Source: Candidatus Omnitrophota bacterium
GTDB taxonomy: Bacteria > Omnitrophota > Gorgyraeia > Gygaellales > Profunditerraquicolaceae
Assembly (NCBI GenBank): GCA_003598025.1
Contig: QZKH01000003.1
Coordinates: forward strand, 106,048-170,047
Length of the DNA: 64,000 bases
Reading direction: 5' to 3'
Part shown: positions 18,988 to 28,459 of the stretch, piece by piece
How positions within the stretch are numbered: position 1 is the first letter of the stretch
Layout: the number at the start of each line of letters is the position of its first letter
Program-made: the position numbers and the translations under genes
Notes under the pieces: generated by a model
The model's database searches: none
Seen by the model: only the letters and a program-made list of their open reading frames with translations
What the model was told of the DNA's origin: nothing

Positions 18988-20435
18988 ATAGATATAATGA
19001 TTCTAATAGACTTGGATTTTCTTGGGGCGATTTAAGAATGTTTTTGGCTTTTGTTTCAGTTGTTATTTTCTTTGGGATTATTGTACAAGCAGATTTTGAA
19101 ATACCCAGGGCTATACTTTATCCATTTTTTATTTTAGCTTTCTTTCTATTGCTTTCTAAAGGATTTAAAAAGCCAGAGATATGTATTTATGCATTAGTAA
19201 CATATGTGCCTTTCAGCAAAATTCTTGTTGGTGATTTTGGTGGGATGATGACCGCGTTAAACTTTACGAATATTTTGACTATTATAATGATTGTAACTTG
19301 GATTTTTGGTAATGTGTCGCAGAATAAGAAAGTTTATACACGTACATCGTTGGATATTCCGCTTTTAATTTTTATATTTTTTGGATGTTTCTCTTTAATT
19401 AAAGGCACGTTTTATTTTGGCGCCGATTACGCATTTAGTTTTATAACTCCTTTAAAAAGATGGCTCACTCCACTGTTTTTCTTTTTTATTGTTTTTAATA
19501 TAGTAAAAGACAAAAAAACAATAAAAAATATTATTTTGTTAATGATGGTAGTGTTGACAGTGGTTGCATTGATGGCTATAAAAGATTATATCGATGTTGG
19601 GAGTACAGCTAGCTTAGAGAAGTCGAGAATCGGTAGTATAGCACAACAACCAAATATCCTAGCTGCTTTCTTTGTGTATTATATGTTTCTTTTTGCTGGT
19701 TTTATGCTAATTTACTGGAACAATGTTAAGTTTTGGTTGCTTAGTTTTCCTTTTTTGCTTTGTTTTAGAGGTATGCAGGTCACTTTTTCTAGAGGAGGTT
19801 ATCTTGCTTTTGCTGCCGCAGCTTTAACAATAACTTTTTTCAAAAATAAGATTTTGTTTTTTATTATTGCTTTTCTTTTGATATTAACTGTCTTAAATCC
19901 AGCCTTTTTGCCAAGCGGAATAAAGTACAGAATCTCATCAACTTTCACTAAAGACCAGATATATTCTCCAACTCTTGAAGAGACTATAGATAAAAGTTCA
20001 GCTACTAGGATTGCCATATGGAAAGGTGGACTAGAAATGATAAAGGAGCATAAATGGTCTGGAGTTGGGTATGGAGTATTTCCTCATTTAATACCTTATT
20101 ATGCCCCTGAAGTTGGTAAAGTGGATGCTCACAATACATACATTTTGATTGCAGCAGAAATGGGAATTTTTGCTCTTTTAGTGTTTTTATTTATATTGGG
20201 AATAATATTCAAGAATACTTATAAATTATATCGACTCACAAGGGATAAGTTTTTTAAGGCCATATCGTTAGGCTTTCTAGGAAGCTTGGGTGGTGTTTTG
20301 GTTGCGAATATTTTCGGTGGAAGGCTTGACTCACAAGAAGTTAGTAGTTACTTTTGGATTTTAGCTGCTTTAATTTTTAGAGCACTATACATAGAAAAAC
20401 ATGATTATAATTCAAAGTTAAATCATGCGAAATAA
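18984..20435 (+). CDS. O-antigen ligase/Wzy-like polymerase
   Basis: Multi-TM; PN.LA, TFSRGG, R..IW..G..M...H...GVG.G, DAHN.Y...AAEMG. Confidence 0.88.
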   Translation: MNRYNDSNRLGFSWGDLRMFLAFVSVVIFFGIIVQADFEIPRAILYPFFILAFFLLLSKGFKKPEICIYALVTYVPFSKILVGDFGGMMTALNFTNILTIIMIVTWIFGNVSQNKKVYTRTSLDIPLLIFIFFGCFSLIKGTFYFGADYAFSFITPLKRWLTPLFFFFIVFNIVKDKKTIKNIILLMMVVLTVVALMAIKDYIDVGSTASLEKSRIGSIAQQPNILAAFFVYYMFLFAGFMLIYWNNVKFWLLSFPFLLCFRGMQVTFSRGGYLAFAAAALTITFFKNKILFFIIAFLLILTVLNPAFLPSGIKYRISSTFTKDQIYSPTLEETIDKSSATRIAIWKGGLEMIKEHKWSGVGYGVFPHLIPYYAPEVGKVDAHNTYILIAAEMGIFALLVFLFILGIIFKNTYKLYRLTRDKFFKAISLGFLGSLGGVLVANIFGGRLDSQEVSSYFWILAALIFRALYIEKHDYNSKLNHAK

Positions 20436-22848
20436 CATTTTGATTATAGTAGATAATCTCGCAGCTGGTGGAGCCCAAAGGCAGATTATCGAATATTTAA
20501 AACTTGCTGATAAAAACATTTTTTATTTTAAAGTGGTAAACTTGGATTCAGATGTAACGATTCTGGAAAACGATATAAAACAAATAGGCCTCGAAGTCAT
20601 TAATATCCGTCATAAGGGCTTTTTTAACCTCTCAACTTTATTTAAATTATATAAGATTATAAAGTATGAAAAACCGGCAATCGTGCACACCTTTTTATTT
20701 ACCTCTGACCTATATGGCCGTATTGCAGCTAAATTAGCAGGAATACCTGTAATAATAAGCTCGGTTCGTAACATTGATAAGTGGCAGAAATGGCACCATA
20801 GGCTTGCAGACCGGATTTTGGCGAATGTTACGGATAAAATAACTATTAATGCAGAGTGTATCAGGCCTTATCTTGTGAATACAAAGAAACTCCCTAAAGA
20901 AAAAATTGTTACTATTTATAATGGTATAGATTTGAACAGGTTTGATAATTTAAGAGAGCCTAAGAGCATAAAAGCAGAACTGTGTATTTCGGATAAAGCT
21001 TTAATGGTCGGTATGGTTTCGCGTTTCTCAGAACAAAAGGATTATGATACTCTTCTAAAGGTAGCTCAGGAGATATCAAAAGAGCGGGAAGATGTATATT
21101 TTGTGTGTGTTGGGGATGGTAAATTAAAGCCGATACTCGATTCTCGATTCTCGATACGACCAAAGGGAGTCCTGAGCGAAGCCGAAGGACGCGATACTCG
21201 AAATATAAAGTTCACCGGCCTACGTTCCGACATCCCAGATTTGATTAACGCTATGGATATATGCGTATTATCCAGCCATTATGAGGGTTGTCCTAATGTT
21301 ATTTTGGAATACATGGCTTGCTCAAAACCGGTAATTGCTTCAAATGTTGGCGGATGCGCAGAATTAGTAGCAAATGGTAAGTCCGGTTTTATTGTGCCCC
21401 CAGGAGACATAAATTCCTTAAAAGACAAAATTGTTCTTCTGCTTGATGATAAAGAATTAAGGCTCAGAATGGGCAAAGAAGGCAGGGGGTTAGTTGAGGC
21501 TAAATTCATTTCGCAGAGAATGGTAAAAGAAACAGAAGGCTTATACAAACAATTATTGAACCCTAAAATCGCCTACATCCTTTCCCAATTCCCCGAAACT
21601 CACGAAACTTTCATATTAAGGGAGATAAAGGCACTTAAAGAGAAGGGCGTTGATGTTAAGATTATATCGCTAAAGAAGTGTAGGGACAGAGTTATACATG
21701 ATGAAGCTAAGGAATTTATAAAAGATACGATATATGCTGATGTTAGCGTATTGCGTATTGCGTGTAGCGTATTGAGCAAACCATTAAGATCCTTGGGTGC
21801 GTTGGGGTATGTTTTGAGGAGCTATTTCGGCAAGCCGTGGGAATTTGTTAAAGCGATGTATGTTTTGGCTGAATGCTTGAGTATTGCCCCGATGCTAAAA
21901 AAGATGCGCATAAAGCATATGCATAGCCACTGGGCAACCATGCCGACTACTGCTGCAGTTATCCTCAATAAATTAACGGGCATACCTTTCAGTTTTACTG
22001 CTCATGCCTGGGACCTGTTTATTGATTGCGACGGCTTGGAAGAGAAAATCAATAAGGCAAGGTTTGCTGTTACTTGTACCGGGTATAACAAGAATTTCAT
22101 GGGGTATTTTTGTAATAATGGCCAGGCGGATAAGGTGTATCTTAATTATCATGGATTGGATCTTAGTAAATATGTGGGGGGTCAGGGATTCAAGGAATCG
22201 AGGAATCAAGAGAGTAAATATGTGCGGGATCCACAGTCCGCAATACGCGATACTCAATACGCAATACGCACGACGCAATACGATAAGATATCTATTCTGG
22301 CAATTGGTAGGCTTGTAGAAACTAAAGGATTTGAGTATCTAATTGAGGCGTGTGGGATGTTGAAAGAAAGAGGGATTGATTTTGAGTGCTTTATTGTTGG
22401 ACAAGGACCATTAGAGAAGCGTTTAGCGTATAGCGTAGAGCGTATAGAGTTAAAAGATAAGATTAAATTCTTGGGATTGCAGACGCAGGAGCAGATAAAG
22501 AAGTTGTTTAGCGATGCAAGCGTATTAGTCCAGCCTTCGGTTATGGCCGGTAACGGCGATAGGGATGGCATTCCTAATGTGATTATAGAAGCTATGGCTT
22601 TGGGTGTTCCGGTTATTTCAACTAATTTTTCAGGTATACCAGAAGTAGTCATTGATAAAAAGACAGGTATTTTAGTCCAGGAGAAAGATAGTAATGAACT
22701 TGCCAACGCCATTGAGAACCTGCATAAGGATTGCTATTTGACGGATAAGATAATCAAAAATGCCAGGGAACATGTTGAGAAGAAGTTTAATATAGATACT
22801 AATGTTAGGGAGTTGATAGAGATATTTAGAAGTAATGGAGTATTATGA
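20425..22848 (+). CDS. Tandem GT4-GT4 glycosyltransferase carrying in-frame repeat-derived insertions
   Basis: GGAQRQ...EGCPNVILE and FP...ETFI.REI...RDGIPNVIIEAM domains; four repeat tracts inside. Confidence 0.9.
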   Translation: MRNNILIIVDNLAAGGAQRQIIEYLKLADKNIFYFKVVNLDSDVTILENDIKQIGLEVINIRHKGFFNLSTLFKLYKIIKYEKPAIVHTFLFTSDLYGRIAAKLAGIPVIISSVRNIDKWQKWHHRLADRILANVTDKITINAECIRPYLVNTKKLPKEKIVTIYNGIDLNRFDNLREPKSIKAELCISDKALMVGMVSRFSEQKDYDTLLKVAQEISKEREDVYFVCVGDGKLKPILDSRFSIRPKGVLSEAEGRDTRNIKFTGLRSDIPDLINAMDICVLSSHYEGCPNVILEYMACSKPVIASNVGGCAELVANGKSGFIVPPGDINSLKDKIVLLLDDKELRLRMGKEGRGLVEAKFISQRMVKETEGLYKQLLNPKIAYILSQFPETHETFILREIKALKEKGVDVKIISLKKCRDRVIHDEAKEFIKDTIYADVSVLRIACSVLSKPLRSLGALGYVLRSYFGKPWEFVKAMYVLAECLSIAPMLKKMRIKHMHSHWATMPTTAAVILNKLTGIPFSFTAHAWDLFIDCDGLEEKINKARFAVTCTGYNKNFMGYFCNNGQADKVYLNYHGLDLSKYVGGQGFKESRNQESKYVRDPQSAIRDTQYAIRTTQYDKISILAIGRLVETKGFEYLIEACGMLKERGIDFECFIVGQGPLEKRLAYSVERIELKDKIKFLGLQTQEQIKKLFSDASVLVQPSVMAGNGDRDGIPNVIIEAMALGVPVISTNFSGIPEVVIDKKTGILVQEKDSNELANAIENLHKDCYLTDKIIKNAREHVEKKFNIDTNVRELIEIFRSNGVL

Positions 22849-22925
22849 GCTTTCAGCTATCAGTCGTCAGCTATCAGCAATGGATGATAAATCTGAGCTG
22901 TCAGCTTTCAGTTGTCAGATTTCAT
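22846..22925 (+). repeat. (TCAGCTW)n heptamer arrays, left flank of four-helix-bundle gene 2
   Basis: tgagctt tcagcta tcagtcg tcagcta tcagcaa ... tgagctg tcagctt tcagttg tcagatt. Confidence 0.9.
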
Positions 22926-22939
22926 CTAAAGGAAGATAA

Positions 22940-23311
22940 ATGAAAGAGCAGAAGTTTAGAAAATTAGACGTTTGGAATAGGGCTATGGATTTTATTGGAG
23001 AGATTTATAAAGTTACTTCCAATTTCCCTTCAACAGAGATTTATGGTCTAAGCGCACAATTAAGAAGAGCCGCGATATCAATTTCATTGAATATAGCTGA
23101 AGGTAGTGGTTCTGGCTCTGATCCCGAATTTAACAGATTTCTAAATATTTCGTTAAGGTCAGCATACGAAGTTATGTGTGGCATTGAGGTAGCTTGTAAG
23201 TTGGATTATTGTGATAAAACCATCGCTGAGAAGTTATTAAATGAATGCGATGAACTTTCGGCAATGATAACTGGACTGAAAAGAAAGTTAATCGGTTCTT
23301 CACACAGCTGA
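22940..23311 (+). CDS. Four helix bundle protein (TIGR02436 / 23S rRNA IVP / bAvd-like)
   Basis: F.KL.VW..AM.....IY..T..FP..E.YGL..QLRRAA.SI.LNIAEGSG......F.RFL.I...S..E. Confidence 0.92.
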   Translation: MKEQKFRKLDVWNRAMDFIGEIYKVTSNFPSTEIYGLSAQLRRAAISISLNIAEGSGSGSDPEFNRFLNISLRSAYEVMCGIEVACKLDYCDKTIAEKLLNECDELSAMITGLKRKLIGSSHS

Positions 23312-23339
23312 AAGCTGAAGACTGATGACTGATAGCTAA
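23305..23339 (+). repeat. (WAGCTGA)n heptamer array, right flank of four-helix-bundle gene 2
   Basis: cagctga aagctga agactga tgactga tagctaa; reverse complement of the left flank; includes the gene's stop codon. Confidence 0.9.
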
Positions 23340-23341
23340 TA

Positions 23342-24526
23342 ATGAAACTAAATGTGCTATATATAATTTGGAGTTTAGGCCTTGGTGGCGCAGAGCGGGT
23401 GGTTATTAACCTGGCTAAAGGGCTTGATAGGGATAAATTTAAGTCGATAGTCTGCTGCCTTAATTCTAAGGGCAAATTTGCAGATGAGCTTGAGAAAGAA
23501 GGTATCAGGGTAATAGAATTAAAAAAGAGATGGAAATTTGACTTTAGTGTCATAAAAAAGCTCATTGAAATAATAAAAGAGAATAAAATAAATATTGTGC
23601 ACACACATCTATGGGGTGCGAATTTCTGGGGAAGATTAGCAGCACAAAAGGCAAGTGTGCCTGTGATAATATCCACAGAGCATAATTCTGATACCTGGAA
23701 GACCCCGCTGCATTTTGTCATAGACAGGTATTTAGCAGCTAAGACAGACAGGATAATCGCGGTATCAAAGAGTGTCAAAGAGTTTTATGTTAAGAATGTG
23801 GGGATCCCTTCTGGGAAAATAGAGGTGATTTATAATGGCATAAGTATATCAGAGCACAGATCACAGATCACAGAGCACAGTAAATCACATTCCGTCCACA
23901 GTCCACAGTCCACAGTCCACAGTCAGGATAACTATATTCGTAAACAATTGGCTATCAGTCCTGATGAGACAGTAATAGCTATGATTGGTAGATTGGTGCC
24001 GCAGAAGGGGCATAAGGATTTCTTGTTAGCCTTAAAGGTCCTTACCGGATGCGGATTTAAGGTCAAAGGTTTAATTGTCGGCAGCGGCCCTCAAGAAATG
24101 TATTTGAAACAGGTGTGTGATAACCTTGCCCTTAATGGAAATGTTATTTTTACCGGTGTAAGGAGCGATATCCCGGAACTGTTTAAGGCAATAGATATGA
24201 TTGCTCTTCCTTCAACAAGGGAAGGTTTTCCTATGATTATATTAGAGGCTATGTCTGCAGGAGTACCTGTGGTTGCTTCAAGCGTTGGAGGGGTCCCTGA
24301 AGTTATAACTAACGGTTTTAACGGGCTTTTAGTTGAGCCTGAGAACCATACTGAGTTAAAAGCTGCTTTCGCTAAGTTAATCCATGATGAGCGGTTATCT
24401 AATAGCCTAATAGATAACGCTCGCGCTACAGTAGCAAAAGAATTTAATTTGAGGAATATGATCGATAGCACACAGGGGCTATATGAAAAGATTTATGAAA
24501 GCAAATTGCCTAAGGCGGATAAATGA
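23342..24526 (+). CDS. Glycosyltransferase family 4 with an in-frame repeat insertion
   Basis: GGAER, IGRL..QKG, EGFPM.ILEAM. Confidence 0.9.
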   Translation: MKLNVLYIIWSLGLGGAERVVINLAKGLDRDKFKSIVCCLNSKGKFADELEKEGIRVIELKKRWKFDFSVIKKLIEIIKENKINIVHTHLWGANFWGRLAAQKASVPVIISTEHNSDTWKTPLHFVIDRYLAAKTDRIIAVSKSVKEFYVKNVGIPSGKIEVIYNGISISEHRSQITEHSKSHSVHSPQSTVHSQDNYIRKQLAISPDETVIAMIGRLVPQKGHKDFLLALKVLTGCGFKVKGLIVGSGPQEMYLKQVCDNLALNGNVIFTGVRSDIPELFKAIDMIALPSTREGFPMIILEAMSAGVPVVASSVGGVPEVITNGFNGLLVEPENHTELKAAFAKLIHDERLSNSLIDNARATVAKEFNLRNMIDSTQGLYEKIYESKLPKADK

Positions 24527-27500
24527 AGAATAAACGCTTAAATATAGCTTTTGTCTTAATCTTTGTCGCAGGTATACTCTTTGCCGGTTTATCTTACGCT
24601 GTGCTTACAAAAACAAAGCCCCTAATAAATAAGATAAAATCAAAAGTCAAAGAGCGTGTTATTGCCAATATCCCAAAGGCAAAAGATCCTCTTGTTATAT
24701 GCGATTTTGAAAACAGCGCGGATTTAGACAAATGGAATGCATCCAAAGCGAGCGTTGAGATATCAGAAGAGCATCCTACTTCCGGAAAGTACTCGGCAAA
24801 GCTTACTTATGAGCCTTCGGGCGATTCCTCATCTGTCAGGATAGAGAAATATTTTGAAAAAGACAGGCGTATTGTAAATTGGTCAGGGTATGAGGCGCTT
24901 GTTTTTGATATTTATAATCCTAATAAGAACGCTGAGAGAATGATCCTTCAGGTGCGGGATAATAGCGGCGGCAAGGTTAAAATTGACCTGCATTTAAGGC
25001 CAAATGCAAATAATAGAATCGAGGTTGATATTAGAAGCCTTTGGGATAAATTAAACCCGTCTAAGATTGACCAGTTAAACCTGTTTTTATGGGGCAATAA
25101 GTCGGTAAAGGCATTTTATTTGGATAGTGTCATGCTTCTTCCCGCGGCAGCATTGGAGAAAGTCGCAAAAAGCATATCAGACGACGAATTTATTCCAAAA
25201 GAAGGCGAGCAAGTTTACGCTTTGGGCGATTACCTGGAGTTTAATAAAGCCAGATGGGGCAGCTGTGAAGACGGGGTATCTGTGCCTATATATATCAACA
25301 ATTTTACTACGGCTAAGCTTAACTCAACGGTTGTCCGCGGAGGCGTGCCTTTTGGAAGAGGGCAGTTAAACAGCCTTGATAAGCTTATGCTAAATGACGG
25401 GGCGGGAAATAATATTGAATTCCAGGCTCAAATTGTGTCAAAGTGGCCTGATGGCAGTATTAAGTGGGCATTGATCTCTTTTAAACCTGAAGTTGATGCC
25501 GCAACTATTAAAAAATACAACTTAGTTTATTCAAATGCAATAAGCAGGAAGAAACAGGAATCAGCTTTAAAAGTAGATGAAGGCTTAAAAAATATTGCGA
25601 TAAATACCGGAAAAATCAAGCTGGTAATACCCAAAAGCGGATTCTATCTTTATGATAAACTTTGGCTGGATAAGAATAATGATAAGAAATTTGATGATAG
25701 CGAGATCGTTTCATCAAAAGCGAGCCTTGTGCTTGAGCGCGACGGCAAGAAATACTACAGCCATTTGGATAAAAATTATAGGCTTACCGTTGAAAAATCC
25801 GGGCCTCTTGAGGCTTGCATAAAGGCAGAGGGATGGTTTGTTGCTGATAACGGAAAGAAGTATTGCAAATTCATTGTCAGGATACATGCCTATGAATTAA
25901 GCGGAGAAATAAAACTCCAGCATACCTTTGTCTATACCGGATACCCGGAAAATAAATATCATTACCTATACAAAGGCAAACGCCTTCCAAGGAATGAAAC
26001 CATAGATGCGGTTTATATTGAGCTTCCCGTAAAGATAGATGGGGATAAAGCTGTAACTTTTGCCGCTGACGATAAAATTATGCAGTCAGCTTTTGGCGGA
26101 GCCATCAGTTTCTTACAGCTTAAACCGGACAGTTATACAGTAACAGGTTCTGGTAAGCCGATTGGCAGCGGAAACAGGCTTGAAGGATGGCTTGATTTGA
26201 GCAGTGATGGCTATGGGGTATCAATTGGAGTAAAAGATTTTTGGCAGCAATTCCCTAAGGGGTTTTCTGTAGATAAAGAAGCGGGTAAGTTAAAAATCGA
26301 TCTCTGGCCTAAAGAAGCAGGCAAACTTGACTTAAAAACTACTCAAAAAGCCTATGGCCCGGACGCAGTCGCACGGGGCAGCGCCTTTGGCCTGGCTAAG
26401 ACGCATGACCTGGCATTTAATTTTCATAACGGAAATTATGAAGTTGGCGAGGTTAAGAATAAAATACGGAGCTTATTAAGCGATGTTGTTATAACTTCAG
26501 ATCCTATATGGGTATCAGATACCAGGGTTTTAGGGAGAATATGGCCGTATGACACGCGTTTTAAATCAGCAGAGAGTTTCTTGAGCAAGCTTTTTGACTG
26601 GGGCAGCAGGCAGGTCGATAAATTTAGCTGGTATGGGATGATAGATTTCGGCGATACTCTATCCTGGTATAGGAAGGAAGCGTACGATAAATCTTATGAT
26701 GACTGGGGCTGGCATCCCGAAGGAAGGCATGGCTGGTTTAATTGTGAGGGAGTTGGCACGCATGCCGGAGCATTAATACAGTTTTTACGGACAGGCAATT
26801 ACAAATATTATATTTTTGGCAAAAACCTCTCGCGCCACATTATGGACATTGATACCTGCCACTATAATACGGTGGCAAATGATAGCAGGCTTAGAGGCAG
26901 GATACCCGAAGATTACAGTCGCCCAGGCTCCATGCACAGGCATAACGCTGACCACTGGGGAGGAAGGAACGAAGAAACTTCGCATACAAATGTTTACGGC
27001 CTGGTTTTGTATTATTATCTTACGGGGAATGAGAGAGCAAGAGATGTTATTGACGAGGTTGGAAGTTTCTTTCTCAAAGAACATATGACATATTTCGGCC
27101 ATCCCGATATTTCACCTCAGCGCTCCATTGCAAATGTTATTTGGGGTGATGTTGTATTATATGAGCTTACAGGAGAAAAAAAATATAAGGAACAGGCAGA
27201 TAAGCTGGTGAATTTATTCTTTAGAGGCCAGAAATACAACGGAGCCTGGCCTGAAAATTATAACCCTGTACGCAAACGCTGGGAAGGCAAACCACATCTT
27301 AGTTTTATGAGCCAATATACCATACCGGCATTAATAAATTATCATATGATTACCGGTAATAAAGCTATTGCCGGTTGTATTATTAATGCTACTGATTTTC
27401 TTATTGAGAGCGACGAGTACGGCGCTATATTAGATGCGCTTAGCTATAGCTATTGGCTGACCGGAGATAAAAAATACAAAGATACATTGAATAAAAAGCT

Positions 27501-27654
27501 TGATTACACGGTAAGGCACCAGAAGGCAAGCACTGACCCGTTATTTGACGGCATGATTTACCAAAAAGCATATTATGCAAGGGTAATGGAATATTTGTAC
27601 AACTTACCGTTTGCTTTTGAGGGATTGGCACAAGATGAAAAAACCGGAAAATAA
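24523..27654 (+). CDS. Large secreted protein: CBM-like domain plus exo-rhamnogalacturonan-lyase-like (PL26/YetA-like) region
   Basis: N-terminal TM; DFE...W, GVPF..G.L, WPDGS.KW, FWQQFPK, WYG..DFGD, RH.MD.DT.H. Confidence 0.6.
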   Translation: MKNKRLNIAFVLIFVAGILFAGLSYAVLTKTKPLINKIKSKVKERVIANIPKAKDPLVICDFENSADLDKWNASKASVEISEEHPTSGKYSAKLTYEPSGDSSSVRIEKYFEKDRRIVNWSGYEALVFDIYNPNKNAERMILQVRDNSGGKVKIDLHLRPNANNRIEVDIRSLWDKLNPSKIDQLNLFLWGNKSVKAFYLDSVMLLPAAALEKVAKSISDDEFIPKEGEQVYALGDYLEFNKARWGSCEDGVSVPIYINNFTTAKLNSTVVRGGVPFGRGQLNSLDKLMLNDGAGNNIEFQAQIVSKWPDGSIKWALISFKPEVDAATIKKYNLVYSNAISRKKQESALKVDEGLKNIAINTGKIKLVIPKSGFYLYDKLWLDKNNDKKFDDSEIVSSKASLVLERDGKKYYSHLDKNYRLTVEKSGPLEACIKAEGWFVADNGKKYCKFIVRIHAYELSGEIKLQHTFVYTGYPENKYHYLYKGKRLPRNETIDAVYIELPVKIDGDKAVTFAADDKIMQSAFGGAISFLQLKPDSYTVTGSGKPIGSGNRLEGWLDLSSDGYGVSIGVKDFWQQFPKGFSVDKEAGKLKIDLWPKEAGKLDLKTTQKAYGPDAVARGSAFGLAKTHDLAFNFHNGNYEVGEVKNKIRSLLSDVVITSDPIWVSDTRVLGRIWPYDTRFKSAESFLSKLFDWGSRQVDKFSWYGMIDFGDTLSWYRKEAYDKSYDDWGWHPEGRHGWFNCEGVGTHAGALIQFLRTGNYKYYIFGKNLSRHIMDIDTCHYNTVANDSRLRGRIPEDYSRPGSMHRHNADHWGGRNEETSHTNVYGLVLYYYLTGNERARDVIDEVGSFFLKEHMTYFGHPDISPQRSIANVIWGDVVLYELTGEKKYKEQADKLVNLFFRGQKYNGAWPENYNPVRKRWEGKPHLSFMSQYTIPALINYHMITGNKAIAGCIINATDFLIESDEYGAILDALSYSYWLTGDKKYKDTLNKKLDYTVRHQKASTDPLFDGMIYQKAYYARVMEYLYNLPFAFEGLAQDEKTGK

Positions 27655-28459
27655 GAAAAAGTCTATACTAATGTACCACTCTGTGGGTTTTCCTGTTTTG
27701 GGGGATCCGGGTAACGGACTGTATTGTGTAAGTAAGGAGAATTTCAGGGAACAGATGCAATACATTACACAGGTCACAAAGACACAAAGTCACAAGGTCA
27801 CAGAACACAGTAAATTTGATGAAGTCCACAGTCCACAGTCTACAGTCCACGGTAAATTGGATGCTGTGGTCCGTCGACCGTCGACCGTCGACTGCTTAAT
27901 AACCTTTGACGACGGGGATGTGACGAATTTTACACAGGCTTATCCGGTATTAAAAGAACTGGGATTAACTGCGTATTTCTTTATATTAGCCGGCAAGATC
28001 GGCTCATCGGGCTATATGAGCTGGGGACAGATAAAAGAAATGCATGATAATGGCATGATTATCGGTTCGCATGGCATGACACATAGGATAATGCCCGCAC
28101 TATCCGATAAAGACATCAGGTATGAAATAAACACTTCAAAGGAATTCATTGAAGGCAAGCTTAAAACAAAGATTTATTATTTTTCGATACCGCGCGGATT
28201 CTATAATAAGAAAATATTGGGGATGCTGAAAAAAGCAGGATATAAAGGGGTTTTTACATCAGACTCCGGCAGGATAAATGATTATGAATTCGGCAGGATA
28301 GCGATCAGGAGCAATTGGGGGATAGGCCAGTTTAAAAAAGTATTGGAACGCGGGCCAAGCGTAAAAGATAAGCTTGAAGGAAGGCTTCGTAAGTCAGCGA
28401 TCAATTTGATAGGCATAAACAATTACGATAAATTAAGGATGGGATTGCTAAAGAAATGA
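27635..28459 (+). CDS. Polysaccharide deacetylase (CE4) with an in-frame repeat insertion
   Basis: ILMYH, ITFDDG, IGSHG.TH, FS.P.G; start at ATG 27635. Confidence 0.88.
   Translation: MKKPENKKKSILMYHSVGFPVLGDPGNGLYCVSKENFREQMQYITQVTKTQSHKVTEHSKFDEVHSPQSTVHGKLDAVVRRPSTVDCLITFDDGDVTNFTQAYPVLKELGLTAYFFILAGKIGSSGYMSWGQIKEMHDNGMIIGSHGMTHRIMPALSDKDIRYEINTSKEFIEGKLKTKIYYFSIPRGFYNKKILGMLKKAGYKGVFTSDSGRINDYEFGRIAIRSNWGIGQFKKVLERGPSVKDKLEGRLRKSAINLIGINNYDKLRMGLLKK

Noticed and set aside
8707-23311. Diversity-generating retroelement
   Set aside because: Avd-like proteins are present, but I see no reverse transcriptase and no TR/VR pair differing at adenines.
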